A stretch of 64,000 bases of DNA from Podarcis melisellensis. Lineage: Eukaryota. Each line of letters opens with the position of its first letter. Within the stretch, counting starts at the first letter, position 1. The position numbers were made by a program, and so were the translations under genes. Location of the stretch: assembly GCA_964234715.1 (NCBI GenBank), contig OZ174277.1; one strand, written 5' to 3'. Below, one piece after another: positions 47,821 to 60,102 of the stretch. The notes under the pieces were generated by a model. That model was not told the DNA's origin, ran no database searches, and saw only the letters and a list, made by a program, of their open reading frames with translations.

Positions 47821-48369
47821 CCATATTTTTCGCTCTATAGGGTGCACCGGACCATAGGGCGCACCTAGTTTTTTGGGGGGGAAATAAAGAAAAAAAATGT
47901 ATCCTCCCCCCAGAGCAAAAAAGCCAAGACAGCCAGTGGGATCTATCCCACTGTCTGTCTGTCTTGGCTTCCTCTTTAGCCACGCACAACCTCTCCAGCC
48001 GGGAGAGGCTGCGCGCGCCTTTGGCAGAAGGAACTCCCGCCGGGTTCCGAAGGCTTGCGGATAGCTGCCCAAAGCCCGGGGTGCGCAGCCTCTCCCGGCT
48101 GGAGAGGTTGTGCGTGGCTAAAGAGGAAGCCAAGACAGACAGACAGTGGGATTCGGGCTCCCCGGGATTCGGGCTACTGCCTGCTATCCGCAAGCCTTGG
48201 AAGCCCAGCGGGAACTCCCGCCGGGCTCCGAAGGCTTGTGGATAGCTTCCTGAAGCCTGGAGAGCAAGAGGGGTCAGTGCACAGCCTGCATTCACTACAT
48301 AGGATACACATACATTTCCCCTTCATTTTTGGAGGGGGAAAAGTGCGTCCTATAGAGCAAAAAATACGG
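47821..48369. mobile_element. Tc1/mariner-pogo-type MITE with a long internal inverted repeat
   Basis: TA|ccatatttttcgctctatagg ... cctatagagcaaaaaatacgg|TA. Confidence 0.88.
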
Positions 48370-48742
48370 TAATTTTTATAGTAAGGGGTCTATATAAATA
48401 AAGAAACCAGACCCCAGAGCAAGTCAGAGGCTAGTACAAATGAAAGTTGTCTTTGGGAACTAGAAGCAGAAGGAAAAGTGGGCAGAAAAGGTAATGAAGT
48501 GGCATTTGATTATTTACCTCATACACAATTAAATAATTTGCAATATAATATGAATTTTTATAGAATATTATAAAAACATAACTTTAATTTAAAAGTGTGT
48601 TAGTACTTTAGTGAACATTGGGCTGTAGTGTGCAATATGTACGGTGTAAACTGTGTTTGTGTGTTTATATAAATAAAAACATCAAATGCTTTTTTTAAAA
48701 AAGTTCAATTGGAAGTGTTTACCAGGAATCTGTTTACTAGAC

Positions 48743-48774
<32 letters not shown>

Positions 48775-49062
48775 TTTTTATTTATACCCCACGCTTCTGG
48801 CTGGGTTTTCCCAGCCACTCTGGGAGGCTCCCAATAAAATATTAAAAACAAAGTACAGCATTAAACATCAAAAAGTTCCCTAAACAGGGCTGTCTTCAGA
48901 TGTCTTCTAAAAGTCAGATAGTTGCTTATTTGATTGGCATCTGCTGGGAGGTCGTTCCATGGGGAGGGTGCCACTATCGAGAAGGCCCTCTGTCTGGTTC
49001 CCTGTAACCTCACTTCTCGTAGTGAGGGAACCGCCAGAAGGCCCTCGGCGCTGGACCTCAGT
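48743..49062 (-). mobile_element. L2 3' fragment with (AAT)n tail
   Basis: 3' sequence shared with 62791-63070. Confidence 0.8.
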
Positions 49063-52000
49063 CTATTTCCTTCCCCATAACTAACTGGCAGTGCAGACAG
49101 AACTTCAGGGGGTGGTATTGCCTACATGCAAGCTCAGAGCAGAGTCCCCACCATTCTGCAGCTGGAAGCAGCCAAAGTCAGCAGAGCGAGAGGCAGCACC
49201 TGGCACCCCAGAGGCCAGTCTTTCTGGATCTTGAATGAAAAAAGAGATACTGGGATGATGCAAGCATCTGAAATCTTGAATCCCAAAATGAAACCAGCTG
49301 CACTCGGGATGAGGAGTGTCCTAAGGAAGGCCGGTGGGGCTTGGCCTTGCTTGACCCAGTGTTCGGGTAGATGCAGAAGACTTCATGTGAAGAAAGACAA
49401 AGGGTTACTGAAAAAATAGAAATATCAGAACGCATGTCTATTTCACTTCCTGTGTTGCAACTTTCTTTCATAAGGATGCTTTCATAGATAAGCCAGAAAT
49501 TTAGCCAGTTGCATATAACTTGTAATAACGATTTTCATTATACATGATCCATTTTATTATTTTCTTCCTTGAATGCCTTTCAGTAACACTTTCATCAGCA
49601 ACAATTATTATACTTGTAAAAGTCACGCTAAAAAGAAGCCATGGCAAACAATGTCTTGCTGAATAAAATGTGAATTTTAAAAATAACCCATTTTTGATCA
49701 AAGTTCCAAAGCATTAACCAAACATTGTGTCTGGGATGCTGATGGGAGACAAACTATAATCTTAAATGCATTTTGTGAAAATACTTTAGGCTGCAATCAT
49801 AACTCAACCTACTTGAGAGTAAGCCCCACTGAATTCAGTAGGACTTTATTCTGAGTAGGTGTGGTAAGGACTGTGCTGTTGGTTTCAGCAGAGATGGCTT
49901 TTACATAATTTGTTTAAGATTAGTGTATAAAGCATTTTAGGAGATCAAGTAACGTCTACTTTAGAAATCACTAGCATTTAGAATCTGTATAAATATATAG
50001 CACAATTGATTCCATATTGTACATGGAATCAGTAGAATCTAAACATTTCTCAAGAAAGTACACCAAATATCTTCACAACAGATGAGACATAATATCCATA
50101 TTTAAATTATGGGACATGAAATACAGAGCCAATTGTATAAACTCTCCTACCCCATTCCAACATACTCCTCCTCCCGTTTTCACATAAACAGGCTATTCAT
50201 TCACAACCATTGAATATAATTGTCCAGATTATTTTCAGTCATGCTCCATTCTGCCTCCTGTTCAGTTACTTACAAATAACAGCTGTGACAAAATAATGCT
50301 GTCAGCTTTTTTTCCTGCTAACATGCACTGGATTGCCTACATTTCCAGAGCTCTCAAACAGGCACAACTAACGTAATGATGTTTTGTTTTCGGAACAATG
50401 CATCATAAGCATATTTTGAACAGGTGGATCCAACGACTCCTTCATAGGCAACACATGGAACCAGAAGAAATGTTGTGGCTCAACTACAGGAATGTTGCTA
50501 CTGTCCCAGTACATGTTAGGCTCTCAGTAATGTTGTTATGACTCACTTTTTCTACCATCTACCTTTACCCCTGCTTTTCATGAACACAAAAAACTAATAA
50601 TCCCTAGCCAAATGTTTCACTCCTTGCACCAAGGCGCTGAAGTCCCAGTAGAAGTCAGCTCTTGGCTGTACTTGCTCTCATCAGGCTGCTTGCTCAGCTG
50701 ACTAGTTATTAGATTTTTATATCAGCTCTCAATAAAAACTATCTCACAGGTTTCAAAAAGTTATTCTCTTTCTGCTACCTAAAGTCCTGCCAATCAAGTC
50801 ATTGTATATTCCAATTGCAAGCAATTCCCATATCACTTCATTAGGGCTGCACTAAATATTCTGATCTTTGGGTGGAAAATATTATCTATTAAGACACTCA
50901 AATTCACCTTTTTTGCACTTCTAAGCACTTCAGCAATAATGTCTATTATTCACTACAGCCACTTCCTCCTCACAACAGCCAATCAGTGAACAAAGGGTGA
51001 ATATTGTGGCATCACCATACTAAATAGCCATTTACTTCTGGAATTTGGGCAGTGTCACCAAAGATGAACATGGCCAACCTTTCCTGTACCACCTTGCCTT
51101 CACTCTGGGTGGCCAGGAGGGTGCAGTGGAGCTGTGATTGTCCTACATGTTGAGGAGGAGCATGGGAAAGTGGCTGCTATTGTAGCTGAAGCACTTGAGC
51201 TTACTGATCGTATGGCTATTGCTTTCACCCCCTCCTAAGAGGGGGAAAGTATTGTTCCTCTTTACAGGCTGCCCAAAATCACAAAAGGGGAGGCATTTGC
51301 AAAATTTAGTGGAGTCTGCCCCACCCAAAAAAGTCCCAAACATGTCCTCAAGTCACCAGCCCCATTGCAAGTGTCAGTCTTGATAAAAACTGTGGCTAAA
51401 CAGCACAGACTGGGTTTTCCCCTGACTGCTCGGCATTTCCACCCCGCTTCTCCCGTGCCTCTGTGCCCCTCCTTCACCTGCTATGCAGGTTCCTCTGTAT
51501 GGTCTCTGAAAGAATGGGCTTTGATAACCATGGAAAGAGAAAACATTGCGCTGATGGTGAATGGATGAGGCAGGACTGGGGTGTGATTAACACATAAGTT
51601 AATAACAACGTATTACGTTTCCAGCCTTCAGCAAAAAAGTGAGAAAGAGCTACTATTCTCAGTTATGATGTATGAGCAATTGGGGAAGGTGTTAGAAATC
51701 TGCTCTGCAAAAAACAATCATGGTGTCCTCTGACACATTTATGAATCTGGAGCTATAAAACATTTCCTGACAGAGCAAAACACAGTCAGCAGGGGAGCTT
51801 CTCTAAAGAGATTTGAGCTCTCTTCAAATGTTTACAGGAATATGACGTGCTCTTGGCAGCAGAACTTGGAGCAATGCTATGACCATGGATGGTAAGGACA
51901 AAATCAGCCCCCGTAAGCGATGCAAGTAGGCATTCCTCTCCCCCAATGAGAAGGAATTCCACTTTCATGGCAGGCATTGCTTATTCAAGAAATATTTGCC

Positions 52001-52275
52001 TTCTGAGGGCTGTATCTATAGTCACACCAAAATTAACAAATGAAATGCTGTAAACTCTGTAGTTGCCTAATAAACATATAAGATTTATTTATTTTATTTT
52101 TTACAGAAGTCTTTGAAAGAACAGTACACCCGTACTTACCTAAACAAATTCAAGAAATACGGTGCTGAATTTTCAGATGTGGGAGAACATGGTTCAAATG
52201 CTTGAGACAGAGGAGCAAGTGAAGGGGAAATAAGTAGAGAGCAAGAACTGTTTTTATCTCTCGGTCCCCCATACT

Positions 52276-52691
52276 CCCCTTCATGGCGAAGGGGCTTGAA
52301 TAACTCAGAGAAGCTATGAACTATGCCAAGATGAATAGGTCATAGTGGAGAGTTTTGACCAAACATGATCCACCTGGAGGAGGAACCAGCAAGCCACTCC
52401 AGTATCCCTGCCAAGAAAACTCCTGGACAAAGACAACAGGCATATACTTTGGCCACCTCATGAGAAGAGAAGACTCCCTGGAAAAGACCTTGATGTTGGG
52501 TAAGATGGAGGGCACAAGGAGAAGGGGACGACAGAGGACGAGATGGTTGGATAGTGTTCTCGAAGCTACCAGCATGAGTTTGACCAAACTGCAGGAGACA
52601 GTGGAAGACAGAAGTGCCTGGCCGTGCTCTGGTCCAGGGGGTCACGAAGAGGCGGACACGACTAAACGACAAAACGACTAAACAACAACAA
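52276..52691 (+). mobile_element. Non-autonomous bipartite BovB/RTE derivative (5' UTR fused to 3' end)
   Basis: 10-bp TSD cccccatact; YFGHLMRREDSLEKTLMLGK...RRRGRQRTRWLD; (CAA) tail; Bov-A-like gccactccagtatc in the 5' part. Confidence 0.85.
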
Positions 52692-53449
52692 CCCCCATAC
52701 TTCTGCAACATTCAGATGTTAAGTTAACTGTGGTCGCACCTAAGAATAGCAGTTCCATCAGCCTTTCCCAAGCTCCCTCATCCCTTGCTCCCATGTGAGC
52801 TGTTTTTATGATCCTTTCTTTTTACTATTGGATCCATCCTCCTAAAACACAGTGCTTATTTATACTGAATACCTTTTCATCTACCTTCTAGATCCACTAT
52901 TTATTTTATGTGAAATTATTTTATTAATCTGAACCCATTTGTTCTTTACTTTGATTTGAAAGAAATCTATTACTAGCTATTTCTTTGAAACCACAAGATT
53001 TGACTTTACTGTTTCTCTATGCAATTAAAATAAGGATTTTTCTATGGCAGTCTGGAATGTATATGTTTAATTACAAAGAGCGTCTTCTACCCTGCCTTGT
53101 TCCACCTTGCAGATAATTATCAGGCTGACAAATAGGAACCTGCCACCATGAGAAAAATGGCACAATAATCTCCTCAATGTGACCTCAGCCTATGGGAATA
53201 TCAGAATGCCATTTGTTAGAGGATAATAAATAAATAAATATTTCGATTCTTCCTTTTTCCCTGAAAGGGACTCAAGACAGCTTACAGATAAAATAAGAAT
53301 AGTTAAAAATATTGGGGGGGGGGGGAGAGAGAATCTTTAAAAAACAATGAAACATTAATAAAATTGAAACCATACACATATATATGCCTATGATCTATTT
53401 AAAACTCGCAAGCACAACAAAAACAGCACGCCACCAGCAGTCACCAAAA

Positions 53450-53910
53450 GCGGTCAGTTCCCCAAAGCCTGCTGGAACAAGAAGATCTTCACCTGCTGGC
53501 AGAAGGACAGCAAGGAGGGAGCCAGTCTGGCTTCCCTAGGCAGGGAGTTCCAAAGTTGCAGCTACCACTGAGAAGGCCCTTTCCCACTCCCCCCCTCCAG
53601 CATGCCTGTGAGGATGGCAGGACTAAGAGAAGGGCTTGCCTAGAAGCGATCAGAGCCCGGGTAAGTTCTTATGAAGGAATATGGTCTTTCCGATGGCACA
53701 TTGGGCTTTATAGGTGATAAGCCACACTTTGCATTGTGCCAGGAAGCAGACAGCCACCAGTTGCCTGCTGTCTCTGGCCAGCCTGCTCTCCAGCCTGGCT
53801 GCAGTTCTGGTAGCCCCACAAAGTTGCAGAGCCCTTTTCTGAGGCAGCCCCATACAGGGCGCAAGGCAGTAGTCCAAGGGGGATGCAACAAAGGCGTGTG
53901 TTGCTGCGGC
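53450..53910 (-). mobile_element. Old L2 fragment
   Basis: THAFVASPLDYC...MGLP and degenerate 3' motifs. Confidence 0.55.
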
Positions 53911-54798
53911 CAAAGCAGACATCTTCCCTTGTTTTCCTTAAGTTCTGCCAGAGTGTATGCATGTGGGGCAAATTCTCATCCCCTCCGGTTCGACATGTCC
54001 CAAGAAGGTGGAATTAGTTTTCACTGAACTTTTATTGCTCAATTGAGATTTAGTCCTTGGTGTCAAATTACGACTCTCAAATAATTCCACGCAGCAGTTA
54101 TGTCAGTTGTTCAGGGCCATAGTCAAAATGGAAACAGATTTTACATTTATGTCTACTGCTGTGGAACTGGGTATCCAGCCTCCCTGCACCCTGTAAAAAG
54201 CCCATTCCTATTCTAAAGTGGGATTTAATTTATCATAGCTAGAAAATCTCTTATGATAAACCAGCTAAGGAATAGCATGGGAAATGGAATGGAGAATGTA
54301 TGACTGGACCGACAGGGAATAGCATTTCAATATTTTCCCTCTATTTCACATGCTTATCCCACATCCACACTGTATAGAATCCTGTTGTAAGTGTTCAAAG
54401 AATGTGCCATTCATAGTTAAAATGAAGTCAAAGAGCATGAGAGATTTGATGGCTTGATCCCAAAAGAATTGGTCCAAATTGCAGCAAGAAAAAAGTCTAC
54501 AGAGCAGGATAAGGTCAAAGTAACTTAGGCAAGAATTCTTCTGTAAATCTCATTAATGTGTTTTTAAATCTGCAGAGTACATCCACAAACAACACCATTT
54601 ATAAAATTTGTTTAGCATCTTTGGAACCACAAATGTAGCTTACATGACAGTGGTATGAAAATCTGTAACATTCTGTTCTTACTAAAACCCTGATTAAATA
54701 AATGGCTAATAATACAATTTAAAATATTATTATAAAATTGAGATTACAAGTAGGACTGCTGAGTATTATGCAACTAACTTGAATTAATATATAAAATT

Positions 54799-54940
54799 AT
54801 AGAATTGTAAAGTTGGAAGGGACCCTGAGGATAATCTAGTCCAACCCCCTGCAATGCAGGAATATGCAGCTGTCCTATATGGGGGCTGAACCTGCAACCT
54901 TGGCATTATCGGACCATGTTCTAACCAACTGAGCTATCCA
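54799..54940 (-). mobile_element. tRNA-Ile-derived SINE with a CR1 3' tail
   Basis: Minus strand reads ggatagctcagttggttagaacatgg...gccaaggttgcaggttc, then a CR1-like ...gggtcccttccaactttacaattctat end. Confidence 0.7.
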
Positions 54941-57900
54941 GTGCAATATAGTAACAACTTATTGGGTGGATGAGTAAGATTCCTTTATAAAGATAGCTGC
55001 CACAGGACCACCCAATCAGCTCTGGAGAAAGGTCATCGCATGGGGCTCCTCCCTCCCTCCATGGTCAACTGAGAGTAGCCGTTCCCAGGAGCTGCATCAA
55101 CCACTGAAGGCTCTTCTGAGTAGGGAAAGGCCATCTTACATGGGGGCACAAATGAAGGTTGCATAGATGGTTGCCACAGCAGAATATGGGACTTTCAGGG
55201 ATCTGTAAGCAAGCCACTCTATACTCCCCTATTGCTGGGGGTGGGGAGGGGAGGGAGAGACTGAAGAGACAACCATGGTGGCTCTTTCACAACAGAACTC
55301 CCATTTACAGGAAGAGGAGGCTGCCGTGTGTCCAATTGCACCCAGTGAGGCTTGTTTCTAAACAGGCCTGCATAGGATTCTTGTGACATATGCCTGTCTT
55401 TCAGGAGTCCTTAAATGTCAACTTTAACATTTCCAGCAGCTCTGCCTTTTGCAGACATAGGGCAATTTCATGAAGTAGTTTCAACTTTGCTTTGGGTTTT
55501 AGTGTGATCATTTGTGCATGTCACACACATTCAATTATATTTAACTTATAACTAATCAAATCAAATACCTTTATTGGCATCACAGTATAAAGCATTTCAG
55601 GTCACTGGAATAATTAAAAGAACAGGGGTGAAGCTGTCAAGGACAAAAGGTCACACTGTGCTCATGTGCACTTAGATATTCTGCTTTGCCCTGTCTGTTC
55701 CCCAAAAGGATGGTTCGTTGGGAACCCTTTCGGGTGAAATTGTAACTTGTAACTAATTGTGTTAACATTTAATAATTTTGTTAATACGGTTATTTAATTA
55801 ATTTGTGCATAACATTTTCATTTCATTTCATTGCAGTACATGTGTCAGGGCGGCCCTTAGTAATGTTGGGAAGCTATTGATTCAACAGTCTGCCCTTTCG
55901 TTTTCTCGGACAATGAAAGCAGTATTTAAGCCAGCTAGATAATCAAATGACCATTTATTTCCATTAGGACTTCAGTTTGTTCTCTGTTTACTAGCAAATG
56001 TGAAATTCTTTCTCTGGAATTTCCTGCTTTCATTAGCATGTATTGAATTATTTTGATTAACTCTCCTAAGGTTACTTAAAATTTTGTCTTTCCCTCTGTG
56101 AAAAGGCTCTGGGTTGTTGCTTTCCCCCCTCGTCACAAATATTTGTAGTCTCTCAAAGTTTGCTTACTTTTGTTTGACCCTCTCTGTGCAAAAATAAATG
56201 AGGGTGGGGGGAATTTTAAACATTTAACCACCATGCTAGTATTATATCATGTGCCTTTTCGTCCTGTAAATGGATTGTTTCCATAATTTCTGCTTAGAAT
56301 AGTTTATGTAGTCTGACACTTCACATCCATACTGGCTGATAAATGTGAAAAAGTCAGCTTCTGGCATTCCCCCAATATCAGGGAATTACTTTGCTTCTGA
56401 AAATGAATACATCTCTTGCACCTCTTGCACCACTACCATCTGAATAAATTCATGCTTTCTTAGTAATACCATTTTCGTTAGAGCCAAACTGGATGTTACA
56501 TGGCAGATATGTGCAAGTTTCCTGATGTTTTCCATATTTATTTTCTTCTTAACAGCAAGCAGCTGCAGAAAGGTACAACTGGGAACAGTGTGTGTGGGAG
56601 CTGCTTAACCCTTCCCACCATGGCAATTTTCCTGCTGGAAAATGTCTTATTTGAGCTGTTTTTCTACTCAAATTATCTTTTTAATCAACAACTTGCCACC
56701 CCTGGTCCCTAAACTGTGACAAGGCCTGCTGGAGGGGGGATGATCTATTTCCCCCATCCCATGGTTGGGGTGTGCGCTTGGGGGAACTTACAGGGCATTG
56801 CAGCCGAGATGGACTGAGGGTGAAGAAATTGTGCAATGGATAGGAACATCTGGCAAGATGGATTTGCTGAGATTCGTGAGATTTGGTAGTATAATCTCTG
56901 GAAGATGTCATCATATGTGTCTCAGCCTCATGAAGCCATTACATATCCCTCCCACCCGATCAGGGTCACACCAGGTCGCAGCTTGGCTGCCCCCTAGTGG
57001 CAAGGAAGGATTCTTATGCCATCTTGGATGGCCGTGCAACGCTGCTAATAACAAGTAGAGAGGCGACCAATGTGCTGGGTTTGCAAGTCAGAAGTGGGTC
57101 TGGACTCTGAGCTGATATATATCTTAGAAGGAAAGATACAATGCAAAATGTGTAGGCAAATTCCAAGTCATCGCTGTGAGATGGTGAGCTAGCTTCACTA
57201 CTCCTGTCTCTCAGTGTTTTCAGAGCTGTGATTGATGCATGAGTTGTTTGGATACCAGGTGAGAGGAATCTGTGGGGTCCTAATGAATTACTGCTTATAA
57301 TTTTTTTCAGCTTCCATCTCATTTTGTAGTCCTTGAATCTTCATAGTTCTAAACACCTCATTTCCCCTAACTTTCCACTGCTCTTCATTTCTTCCTAGCA
57401 ACCAGAATGGGTATTTACTGTGGTGGGTTAATCTGAGATCAGATTATATTTTAGAAATTATTTTCTGCAAATACTATGCCCAACACTTGTAGGTGGATGC
57501 TAAAGAACCTCTCCCTGCAACAACATAAACACACCCCGTGCACACCTTGCCCAATGAGTGGAGGGCTAACCAGAAGCTGATTCTGGGCTACTGCTGGACT
57601 TGGCCCCAAGTCAAGTGCTCAAACATCACCCAGGCAGAGGGCAGTTAGGCTTCAGCTGCATACTCGGGGGGGGGGGTGGCAAAGCAGCATGGACCAGCAA
57701 AGCAAATAAGAAAGGGAGGTGGGTGGCCTTCAGCCTCTCTCTTGTATTTGCGTTCAAAATTGGGGCTGGGAATTTGCTTTTATAAGACCCTGGGGAGCTG
57801 CTGTCAGTTAGTGTCGTCCATTTTGAACTACATGGACCAATTGTGTGCCTCTATATTTCTAAAAATAGCATAACCCTAATATTTCTAAAAATAGCATAAC

Positions 57901-58131
57901 CCTAATAAACTACTGAATAAAGTACTTTACTGAATAAAGTACTGTGACACGTAACTCCATGAATGTAGACTGTCTCATCCCTGCTTATCACAACGTTGTC
58001 TGCATTGTGTCTCTCTTGCAGGAGAAACAGAGCAGGGGAGACAAAAATGAACAAACTGCCCACTTGTACATCTCCCTGCCTGAAAAAACAGGACTTAAAT
58101 AATATTTTGATCCATTTCAGTCTGGTTTACC

Positions 58132-58279
58132 CAGTGGCGTAGCGTGGGTTGTCAGCACCCGGGGCAAGGCAAGTAATTTGTGCCACCTAACCCGTGGATT
58201 TGCGCCCCCTAACCCTAACCCCCAGATGTTGCGCCCGGTGCAGCCGGCCCCCCCCTGCACCCCCCACGCTACGCCACTG
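58132..58279. mobile_element. hAT MITE with internal CCCTAA telomeric repeats (copy 2)
   Basis: Perfect TIR cagtggcgtagcgtggg; perfect 8-bp TSD ggtttacc. Confidence 0.9.
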
Positions 58280-58899
58280 GGTTTACCTTCCCATGCTGTT
58301 AGCTCAGAGAACAATCTAATTGCTCTATCATTTTTTTAATGTATCATTTTACCCAATGATTCTGCTCATTTTCACAACGCCGATCGTCCACCCTTATGTT
58401 ATCTTTGGGTTATCTGAGCTATTGTCTATGCAGCCTTAACGACTATCTGTATTCTGATCATAGGAGCAAATTCCTATAAAATATTTGAGATGGCTGTCCC
58501 CCACCCCCACCCTGCCAGTTAATGGGCATTGCTATTCAAATGGTGTTCGTACACCGTGTTATGTGATCAACTCTGCAGGTTGGCACCCTGATTCTGATAA
58601 GACTCAATTCATATTTTTACAACTGTCATTCCCAGTGATCTTCAATCTTGCATCACCAGCTGGGCCTGGCATCTCAGAATGGAGGCATTATAATTATTTT
58701 AAGCATAATAAATATCACTCTTTTCTTTTCATTATTGTTGTTCTCATTGTAATGCTAGAAAACAGTCACCCTTTTCTGTCACTGATCCATGTCTTAATTA
58801 ACATCTACTACTTGTTTTGCACAATTTTGCTTCATTACTGGTTTTAGTGATGAGGATGGGGGTGTTAGTGGAGGGTTAGTATCTTTGGAATCTCAACTA

Positions 58900-59490
58900 A
58901 AACATCCATGACAGATGGCCGTCCAACCTCTGTATACCAACTTCCAATGAAGGCAAATCCACTACCTCCGAAAGGAAACCGTTCTGCTGTCAAACAGCTC
59001 TTACTGTCAGAAAGTTCTTCCTGACATTTAGGCAGAATCTCCTTTCTTGAAACTTGAAGCCATTGTTTTGGGCCCTACCCTCCAGAACAGGAGAAAACAA
59101 GCTTGCTCCATCTTCCATGGGACAGCCCTTCAGATATTTGAAGATGGCTCTCATATCTCCTCTCAGCCTGCTCTTTTCCAGGCTAAACATACCCAGCTCC
59201 CTCAACTGTTCCTCATAAGGCTTGGTTTCCAGACCCTTGATCATTTTGGTCACCCTCCTCTGCAAATCTTCCAGCGTGTCAACATCCTTCTTAAATTGTG
59301 GTACCCAGAACTGGACCAAGGCAGAATAGAGTGGGACTATGACTTTCTTTGAGCTGGATTACACAGTTGACTCTTGTTAAGGTTAAAGTCTACAACCTTA
59401 TCACATGCACTGCTGCCAAGGGTGGTGTCCTCCATACTATATTTGCGCATCTCGTTCTTCCTGCCTTAAGTGTAGACCTTTACATTTGTC
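58900..59490 (-). mobile_element. CR1 3' fragment
   Basis: VQFWVPQFKKD...LRELGMFSLEKSRLRGDM motif. Confidence 0.85.
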
Positions 59491-59856
59491 CCTTTTACTA
59501 GTTCTGGCCTAAGGTTTTTTTAGGGGGAAGCTACCACCAGAGGTTGCTAATTAGTAAAAGAGAGAATATATACTTAAAAGAGATGAAAAATGCTAACTTG
59601 GAATGAGTTCAAAAGGCAAGAGGATGGGCACCACCCCTGGTTTCAATACTTCCAGGTAAGGAGTATTCATATAAAACAAATTATTATTATTTTTTTATTA
59701 ATTTATTATTTATACCCCACCCATCTGGCTGAGTCTCCCCAGCCACTCTGGGCAGCCCCCAATCAAATGTTAAAAACAGTACAGCATTAATATATAATCC
59801 AATATAGCAAACATTAGACTTTAAAGTAATCTATTCATGAAAAGTATGATGTGTTA

Positions 59857-60102
59857 GAAGAAGAAGAAGAAGAAGAGTTTGGATTTGATATCCCGCCTTT
59901 CACTCCCCTTCAGGAGTCTCAAAGCGGCTAACATTCTCCTTTCCCTTCCTCCCCCACAACAAACACTCTGTGAGGTGAGTGGGGCTGAGAGACTTCAGAG
60001 AAGTGTGACTAGCCCAAGGTCACCCAGCAGCTGCATGTGGAGGAGCGGAGACTCGAACCCGGTTCCCCAGATTACGAGACTACCGCTCTTAACCACTACA
60101 CC
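59857..60102 (-). mobile_element. tRNA-derived SINE (Squam3-like) with (TTC)n tail
   Basis: Reverse complement of the 9160-9402 family. Confidence 0.82.

Noticed and set aside
54880-54940. tRNA-Ile gene
   Set aside because: Degenerate stems and fusion to a CR1-like tail indicate a SINE head.
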